Shown here: positions 62,553-64,000 of the stretch, one piece after another
Position numbering within the stretch: the stretch's first letter is position 1
Layout of the letters: each line of letters begins with the position of its first letter
IMG/VR virus record: IMGVR_UViG_3300032722_000006
Coordinates: 81,284 to 145,283 of that record
Reading direction: 5' to 3' (one strand)
Source: a virus
DNA: 64,000 nt
Translations under genes and position numbers: made by a program
Notes under the pieces: generated by a model
Database searches by the model: none
What the model was told of the DNA's origin: nothing
Seen by the model: the letters and a program-made list of their open reading frames with translations, nothing else

Positions 62553-62963
62553 TCAACCGGTTACACTGCGGGCTTGAGCGCCCGGGCACGCCTTCTGCGC
62601 ATCTGGAGGCGTGAGGTCGCTGTCAATGATGACTTCAACCTCGCCGAACTCTTCGTGATCAACGAGCACGTGGCTGTCACAGTCAGCGAAGTGCTTTCCG
62701 CACACGCCGCACGTGTCCGGGCTGTCTCGACTCGTCCCGCACGCCCTGAGGATACGCTTCGCCTCTGCCAGCTCGCGCTCGTAGTCTTCGATCATCTTCC
62801 CGCGCTGTTCGAGGCGAAGTCGCTGTTTCTCGCACCGTGCAAGCGCCGTGTTGCGTTCCTGGACGACTTCCTCAACCCACGTCGTGATGTCCTTCAACTT
62901 GACGTTCATCTCGCCGAGATGTGCCGAGAGCGGCGGAATCGGATCATCCCTGTCATCGTTCAT
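62553..62963 (-). CDS. coiled-coil hypothetical protein
   Basis: leaderless promoter. Confidence 0.65.
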   Translation of the reverse strand: MNDDRDDPIPPLSAHLGEMNVKLKDITTWVEEVVQERNTALARCEKQRLRLEQRGKMIEDYERELAEAKRILRACGTSRDSPDTCGVCGKHFADCDSHVLVDHEEFGEVEVIIDSDLTPPDAQKACPGAQARSVTG

Positions 62964-62971
62964 GGGTTATC

Positions 62972-63256
62972 CTACCTTCGTCGCGGGTCAGATTGCACAG
63001 TCTTGAGTTCACTGAGCATTTTGAGGAAGCGAGTGTGCGCCCTTCGCATCTCGGTCTTCGCACAACCGAGAGTCGAGTGAGAGTACGCGTACGCTGGACA
63101 TGGCGTCCTGATCCTGTATCGCATGACGCCCTCCGGCGGCGCAGGCCAGTTGGGCCACTCACGGTGGCGTGTGATCATTCCCCACACGACGCCCCCGACG
63201 CGGAACGCGTGAGCGCCTGTCTTTCTGTCGTAAGTCCACGTCGTGACGTTCTTCAT
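62972..63256 (-). CDS. hypothetical protein
   Basis: ORF. Confidence 0.55.
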   Translation of the reverse strand: MKNVTTWTYDRKTGAHAFRVGGVVWGMITRHREWPNWPAPPEGVMRYRIRTPCPAYAYSHSTLGCAKTEMRRAHTRFLKMLSELKTVQSDPRRR

Positions 63257-63275
63257 GGCTTAGTGAACTCCAGGT

Positions 63276-63602
63276 TCAGGTGTCGCGGTGATACACGCAC
63301 TGTGACTTTGGCAATCCACACTTGCAGTTCCCGACGCGGGGAGCGTTGTAGCGCTTTCGAAGACGCGTCTCCTCGGGATCGCTGTCCTCTTCATCCGCGC
63401 TCGTCCACGTGATCGTGGTGGTGAACGAAGTAGGCGGGACGGGTTTGAAGCGCTTTGCTTTGAAGCGACCACCGCTCTCGAGCTCGTACATCTCCTCGCC
63501 GTCCTCACGATGATATTCTTGGATGATGGTGTACACCTCGCCGGCGATCAGTGTCTTGTCACTCGACCCCCACGAATCATCGATGCAGATGACCTTCTTC
63601 AT
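63276..63602 (-). CDS. hypothetical protein
   Basis: KVICID...L..G.VYT; leaderless promoter. Confidence 0.7.
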   Translation of the reverse strand: MKKVICIDDSWGSSDKTLIAGEVYTIIQEYHREDGEEMYELESGGRFKAKRFKPVPPTSFTTTITWTSADEEDSDPEETRLRKRYNAPRVGNCKCGLPKSQCVYHRDT

Positions 63603-63609
63603 GGTACGA

Positions 63610-63984
63610 TCATACCAGGGGATTACGCCGGGTTACACTGCTGTCGATCTGCTTGAGAGCGAGCTTCAGAGAGTTCAGGACGCCGTCGTGGGTGCAGTAC
63701 TTCCACGTGCCTCGCTTGTTGATGATGTAGGCGTAGTGACACCCCGAGCGCTTGAACTCCTCGAGGAAGGCGTCGACGTTCGTCACCTTGCGATGAGGAG
63801 GTCCATCACGGTAGTGATCGTCGATCGACGACATGTCGCCCTTGAGGATGAGGGCGCGTGCCTGTTCACGCGTCATGCCGACGACGTCCCGACCGACGCC
63901 CTCGAGGTAACCGTCGAAGTGACAGTAGACGTACAAGACGCTGCCGCCGGGATTCTCGATTGCGATGAGTGAGTGAGTTGACAT
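63610..63984 (-). CDS. conserved-looking phage hypothetical protein
   Basis: MST.S.I...VYCHFDGY..GVG...GDMSS. Confidence 0.75.
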   Translation of the reverse strand: MSTHSLIAIENPGGSVLYVYCHFDGYLEGVGRDVVGMTREQARALILKGDMSSIDDHYRDGPPHRKVTNVDAFLEEFKRSGCHYAYIINKRGTWKYCTHDGVLNSLKLALKQIDSSVTRRNPLV

Positions 63985-64000
63985 GTTCTGATACTACCTC

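Larger units (their letters stand above)
45445..63999 (-). promoter_or_regulatory. array of >40 repeated promoters GTG(C/T/A)AA-N17/18-TAnnnT-N5/7-ATG, about one per gene
   Basis: e.g. upstream of 45954, 46197, 46877, 47281, 47833, 48340, 48736, 48981, 50855, 51488, 52315, 53483, 53680, 55373, 55750, 57046, 58764, 60199, 60755, 61206, 61592, 62323, 63602. Confidence 0.9.

Noticed and set aside
45445-64000. Integron attC or CRISPR interpretation of the repeated inter-gene motif
   Set aside because: The motif is bipartite with a fixed 17-18 bp variable spacer and -10/-35 geometry, has no attC-like dyad symmetry, and no integrase or cas gene is in the window.
1-64000. Stop-codon reassignment
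   Set aside because: Long conserved genes are intact in code 11, all three stops terminate genes, and I found no CUA/UCA suppressor tRNA.

Overview
This window looks like part of a large (jumbo-type) phage genome. Nearly all genes are on the minus strand, and accessory genes hint at a Myxococcota-like host. Left part (1-45 kb): two tRNA arrays (206-9441 and 25948-29622) hold about 41 canonical tRNAs, an RNase P RNA and many tRNA-like or unexplained structured RNAs. Protein genes there include HNH/EndoVII/GIY-YIG-like homing endonucleases, NADAR, SLOG, Rnl2-type RNA ligase, DNA ligase, a MoxR/VWA pair, a sigma-70, a kinase, glycosyltransferases, an ATP-grasp protein and an HD phosphohydrolase. 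Right part (45.4-64 kb): more than 40 mostly single-gene cassettes, each with its own GTG(C/T/A)AA-N17/18-TAnnnT promoter, usually 5-7 nt before the start codon (leaderless), plus a second sigma-70. Most novel-looking signals: (1) five tRNA-array-embedded RNAs closed by a covarying RAGUAACY...RGUGAAA (loop-E/S-turn-like) clamp, two of which enclose degenerate tRNA bodies; (2) a stand-alone tmRNA-TLD-like RNA with G3:U70; (3) a second promoter class ATA(C/G)TTA-N4/5-ATG linked to a shared N-terminal peptide resembling a capsid-targeting signal on unrelated enzymes; (4) systematic C33 and A37 substitutions in tRNAs; (5) an rrn-like layout of the second tRNA array (leader attenuator, boxA-like motif, 16-bp long-range stem). 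All calls were made by eye and no database searches were run.
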